Origin: Paragordius varius | Taxonomy: Eukaryota > Animalia > Nematomorpha | Direction of reading: 5' to 3' | Assembly: GCA_964247055.1 (NCBI GenBank) | Contig: OZ176053.1 | Location: 8,618,001-8,682,000, forward strand | Length of the DNA stretch: 64,000 bases | Shown: piece by piece, positions 58,701 through 64,000 of the stretch | Layout: each line of letters opens with the position of its first letter | How positions within the stretch are numbered: the stretch's first letter is position 1 | Made by a program: the position numbers and the translations under genes | The notes under the pieces: generated by a model | What the model was told of the DNA's origin: nothing | Databases searched by the model: none | What the model saw: the letters and a program-made list of their open reading frames with translations, nothing else

Positions 58701-61700
58701 TACCAATACCCACACGCTTAAAATTATTTGACTGTTAAAAAATAATGGTTCCTTGGTGAAATTACTAATACCTACACGCTTAAAATTATTTGACTGTTGA
58801 AAAGTAATGGTTGATTGGTGGAAATACTAATACCCACACGCTTAAAATTATTTGACTGTTGAATAATGATTCAGTGGTGAAATTACTAATACCTACACAC
58901 TTAAAATTTTTTGACTGTTGAAAAGTAATGGTAGATTGGTGGAAATACCAATACACGCACGCTTACAATTCTTTGATTGTTGAAAAGTAATGGTTGATTG
59001 GTGGAAATACTAATACCCACACGCTTAAAATTATTTGACTGTTGAAAAATAATGGTTCCTTGGTGAAATTACTAATACCTACACGCTTAAAATTATTTGA
59101 CTCTTGAAAGGTAATGGTTAATTGGTGGAAATATCAATACACGCACGCTTACAATCATTTGATTGTTGAAAAGTAATGGTTGATTGGTGGAAATACTAAT
59201 ACCCTCAAGCTTTAAATTATTTGACTGTTAAGAGTAATGGTTCATTGGTGGAAAAACTAATACCCACACGCTTAAAATTATTTGACTGTTGAAAAGTAAT
59301 GGTTGATTGGTGGAAATACTAATACCCACACGCTTAAAATTATTTGACTGTTGAATAATGATTCAGTGGTGAAATTACTAATACCTACACACTTAAAATT
59401 TTTTGACTGTTGAAAAGTAATGGTTCCTTGGTGAAATTACTAATACCTACACGCTTAAAATTATTTGATTGTTGAAAAGTAATGGTTGATTGGTAAAATT
59501 ACTAATACCTACACCCTTAAAATTATTTGACTGTTGAAAAATAATGGTTCCTTGGTGAAATTACTAATACCTACACCCTTAAAATTATTTGATTGTTGAA
59601 AAGTAATGGTTGATTGGTGGAATTACTATTACCCGCACGCTTACAATCATTTGATTTTTGAAAAGTAATGATTGAAGGGTGGAAATACCAATACACGCAC
59701 GCTTACAATGCCTTGATTGTTGAAAAGTAATGGTTGATTGGTAAAATTACTAATACCTACACGCTTAAAATTATTTGACTGTTGAAAAGTAATGGTTGAT
59801 TGGTACAATTACTAATACCTACACGCTTAAAATTATTTGACTGTTGAAAAATTATCGTTCATTGGTGAAATTACTAATACCTACACGCTTAAAATTATTT
59901 GATTGTTGAAAAGTAATGGTTGATTGGTGGAAATACCAATACACGCACGCTTACAATTCTTTGATTGTTGAAAAGTAATGGTTGATTGGTGGAAATACTA
60001 ATACCCACACGCTTAAAATTATTTGACTGTTGAAAAATAATGGTTCCTTGGTGAAATTACTAATACCTACACGCTTAAAATTATTTGACTCTTGAAAGGT
60101 AATGGTTAATTGGTGGAAATGCCAATACACGCACGCTTACAATCATTTGATTGTTGAAAAGTAATGGTTGATTGGTGGAAATACTAATACCCACACGCTT
60201 AAAATTATTTGACTGTTGAAAAATAATGGTTCCTTGGTGAAATTACTAATACCTACACGCTTAAAATTATTTGACTGTTGAAAAGTAATGGTTGATTGGT
60301 GGAAATACTAATACCCACACACTTAAAATTATTTTACTGTTGAATAATGATTCAGTGGTGAAATTACTAATACCTACACACTTAAAATTTTTTGACTGTT
60401 GAAAAGTAATGGTAGATTGGTGGAAATACCAATACACGCACGCTTACAATTCTTTGATTGTTGAAAAGTAATGGTTGATTGGTAAAATTACTAATACCTA
60501 CACGCTTAAAATTATTTGACTGTTGAAAAGTAATGGTTGATTGGTACAATTAATAATACCTACACGCTTAAAATTATTTGACTGTTGAAAAATTATCGTT
60601 CATTGGTGAAATTACTAATACCTACACGCTTAAAATTATTTGATTGTTGAAAAGTAATGGTTGATTGGTGGAAATACCAATACACGCACGCTTACAATTC
60701 TTTGATTGTTGAAAAGTAATGGTTGATTGGTGGAAATACTAATACCCACACGCTTAAAATTATTTGACTGTTAAAAAATAATGGTTCCTTGGTGAAATTA
60801 CTAATACCTACACGCTTAAAATTATTTGACTGTTGAAAAGTAATGGTTGATTGGTGGAAATACCAATACCCACACGCTTAAAATTATTTGACTGTTAAAA
60901 AATAATGGTTCCTTGGTGAAATTACTAATACCTACACGCTTAAAATTATTTGACTGTTGAAAAGTAATGGTTGATTGGTGGAAATACTAATACCCACACG
61001 CTTAAAATTATTTGACTGTTGAATAATGATTCAGTGGTGAAATTACTAATACCTACACACTTAAAATTTTTTGACTGTTGAAAAGTAATGGTAGATTGGT
61101 GGAAATACCAATACACGCACGCTTACAATTCTTTGATTGTTGAAAAGTAATGGTTGATTGGTAAAATTACTAATACCTACACGCTTAAAATTATTTGACT
61201 GTTGAAAAGTAATGGTTGATTGGTACAATTAATAATACCTACACGCTTAAAATTATTTGACTGTTGAAAAATTATCGTTCATTGGTGAAATTACTAATAC
61301 CTACACGCTTAAAATTATTTGATTGTTGAAAAGTGATGGTTGATTGGTGGAAATACCAATACACGCACGCTTACAATTCTTTGATTGTTGAAAAGTAATG
61401 GTTGATTGGTGGAAATACTAATACCCACACGCTTAAAATTATTTGACTGTTGAAAAATAATGGTTTCTTGGTGAAATTACTAATACCTACACGCTTAAAA
61501 TTATTTGACTCTTGAAAGGTAATGGTTAATTGGTGGAAATACCAATACACGCACGCTTACAATCATTTGATTGTTGAAAAGTAATGGTTGATTGGTGGAA
61601 ATACTAATACCCTCAAGCTTTAAATTATTTGACTGTTAAAAAATAATGGTTCCTTGGTGAAATTACTAATACCTACACGCTTAAAATTATTTGACTGTTG

Positions 61701-64000
61701 AAAAGTAATGGTTGATTGGTGGAAATACTAATACCTACACACTTAAAATTATTTGATTATTGAAAAGTAATGGTTCATTGGTAAAATTACTAATACCTAC
61801 ACCCTTAAAATTATTTGATTGTTGAAAAGTAATGGTTGATTGGTAAAATTACTAATACCTACACCCTTAAAATTATTTCATTGTTGAAAAGTAATGGTTG
61901 ATTGGTAAAATTACTAATACCTACACCCTTAAAATTATTTGATTGTTGAAAAGTAATGGTTGATTGGTGGAATTACTATTACCCGCACGCTTACAATCAT
62001 TTGATTTTTGAAAAGTAATGATTGAAGGGTGGAAATACCAATACACGCACGCTTACAATGCCTTGATTGTTGAAAAGTAATGGTTGATTGGTAAAATTAC
62101 TAATACCTACACGCTTAAAATTATTTCATTGTTGAAAAGTAATGGTTGATTGGTAAAATTACTAATACCTACACCCTTAAAATTATTTGATTGTTGAAAA
62201 GTAATGGTTGATTGGTGGAATTACTATTACCCGCACGCTTACAATCATTTGATTTTTGAAAAGTAATGATTGAAGGGTGGAAATACCAATACACGCACGC
62301 TTACAATGCCTTGTTTGTTGAAAAGTAATGGTTCCTTGGTGAAATTACTAATACCTACACGCTTAAAATTATTTGATTATTGAAAAGTAATGGTTCATTG
62401 GTAAAATTACTAATACCTACACCCTTAAAATTATTTGATTGTTGAAAAGTAATGGTTGATTGGTGGAAATACTAATACCCACACGCCTTAAATTATTTTA
62501 CTGTTGAAAAATAATCGTTCATTGGTGAAATTACTAATACCTACACGCCTTAAATTATTTGACTGTTGAAAAGTAATGGTTCATTGGTAAAATTACTAAT
62601 ACCTACACGCTTAAAATTATTTGACTGTTGAAAAGTAATGGTTGATTGGTGGAAATACCAATACCCACACGCTTAAAATTATTTGACTGTTAAAAAGTAA
62701 TGGTTCCTTGGTGAAATTACTAATACCTACACGCTTAAAATTATTTGACTGTTGAAAAGTAATGGTTGATTGGTGGAAATACTAATACCCACACGCTTAA
62801 AATTATTTTACTGTTGAAAAATAATCGTTCATTGGTGAAATTACTAATACCTACACGCCTTAAATTATTTGACTGTTGAAAAGTAATGGTTCCTTGGTGA
62901 AATTACTAATACCTACACGCTTAAAATTATTTGACTGTTGAAAAATAATGGTTCCTTGGTGAAATTACTAATACCTACACGCTTAAAATTATTTGACTGT
63001 TGAAAAGTAATGGTTGATTGGTGGAAATACTAATACCCACACGCTTAAAATTATTTTACTGTTGAAAAATAATCGTTCATTGGTGAAATTACTAATACCT
63101 ACACGCCTTAAATTATTTGACTGTTGAAAAGTAATGGTTCATTGGTAAAATTACGAATACCTACACGCTGAAAATTATTTGATTGTTATAAAGTAATGTT
63201 TGATTGGTGGAAATAACAATACACGCACGCTTACAATTCTTTGATTGTTGAAAAGTAATGGTTGATTGGTGGAAAAACTAATACCCACACGCTTAAAATT
63301 ATTTGACTGTTGAAAAATAATGGTTGATTGGTGGAAATACTAATACCCAGTAGCTTAAAATTATTTGACTGTTGAATAATGGTTCATTGGTGAAATTACT
63401 AATACCTATACACTTAAAATTTTTTGACTGTTGAAAAGTAATGGTTGATTGGTGGAAATACTAACACCTGCACGCTGAAAATTATTTGACTGTTGAAAAA
63501 TAATGGTTCATTGGTAAAATTACTAATACCTACACGCTTACATATTATTTGATTGTTGAAAAGTAATGGTTTGGTGGATGCTAATACCCGCACGCTTATA
63601 ATTATTTGATCGTTGAAAAGTAATGGTTGATTGGTGGAAAAACTAATACCCACACGCTTAAAATTATTTGACTGTTGAAAAATAATGGTTCATTGGTAAA
63701 ATTACTAATACCTACACGCTTACATATTATTTGATTGTTGAAAAGTAATGGTTGATTGGTGGAAATACCAATACACGCACGCTTACAATTCTTTGATTGT
63801 TGAAAAGTAATGGTTGATTGGTGGAAAAACTAATACCCACACGCTTAAAATTATTTGACTGTTGAAAAGTAATGGTTGATTGGTGGAAATACTAATACCC
63901 ACACGCTTAAAATTATTTGACTGTTGAATAATGGTTCATTGGTGAAATTACTAATACCTACACACTTAAAATTTTTTGACTGTTGAAAAGTAATGGTTGA
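46745..64000. repeat. 62-bp tandem satellite array (~278 monomers, runs off the window end) with higher-order repeats
   Basis: Consensus acacgcttaaaattatttgactgttgaaaagtaatggttgattggtggaaatactaataccc (62 nt; period confirmed e.g. 53581 to 53643); diagnostic variants recur at 2160, 2284, 10003 and 15062 bp. Confidence 0.98.

Noticed and set aside
48352-63653. ORFs 48352-48591, 50401-50670 and 63414-63653 in the array
   Set aside because: The minus strand of the 62-bp monomer has only about one stop per three monomers, so 60-90-aa ORFs arise automatically; they have no domain features.
46745-64000. CRISPR-like appearance of regular repeats
   Set aside because: Monomers are contiguous with no unique spacers, there are no cas genes, and the context is eukaryotic.

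Overview
Very AT-rich (roughly 25% GC by eye) eukaryotic nuclear DNA in the standard genetic code, most likely from a compact invertebrate or parasite genome; the species cannot be determined from the sequence. The first 46 kb carry intron-containing housekeeping genes: the last exon of CIAO2B/FAM96B, a cyclin D-like gene, NDUFS3, mitochondrial ArgRS (RARS2), a cytosolic thiolase (ACAT2-like), CutC, ALG10, an uncharacterised multi-exon gene and CHMP1. These are interspersed with decayed transposons (several hAT elements with intact 8-bp TSDs, MITEs, RTE-LINE and Ty3/gypsy fragments). From about 46.75 kb to the end lies a 62-bp tandem satellite with higher-order repeats. The most striking features are: (i) 20 ultra-short spliceosomal introns (21-30 nt), most required to restore conserved reading frames, with weak donors and some GAG/AAG acceptors; (ii) head-to-head gene pairs whose start codons are only 16 and 41 nt apart; (iii) an apparently N-terminally truncated RARS2; (iv) a hAT derivative with an internal inversion and signs of repeated self-insertion. 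All gene models were built by hand and need RNA-seq confirmation.
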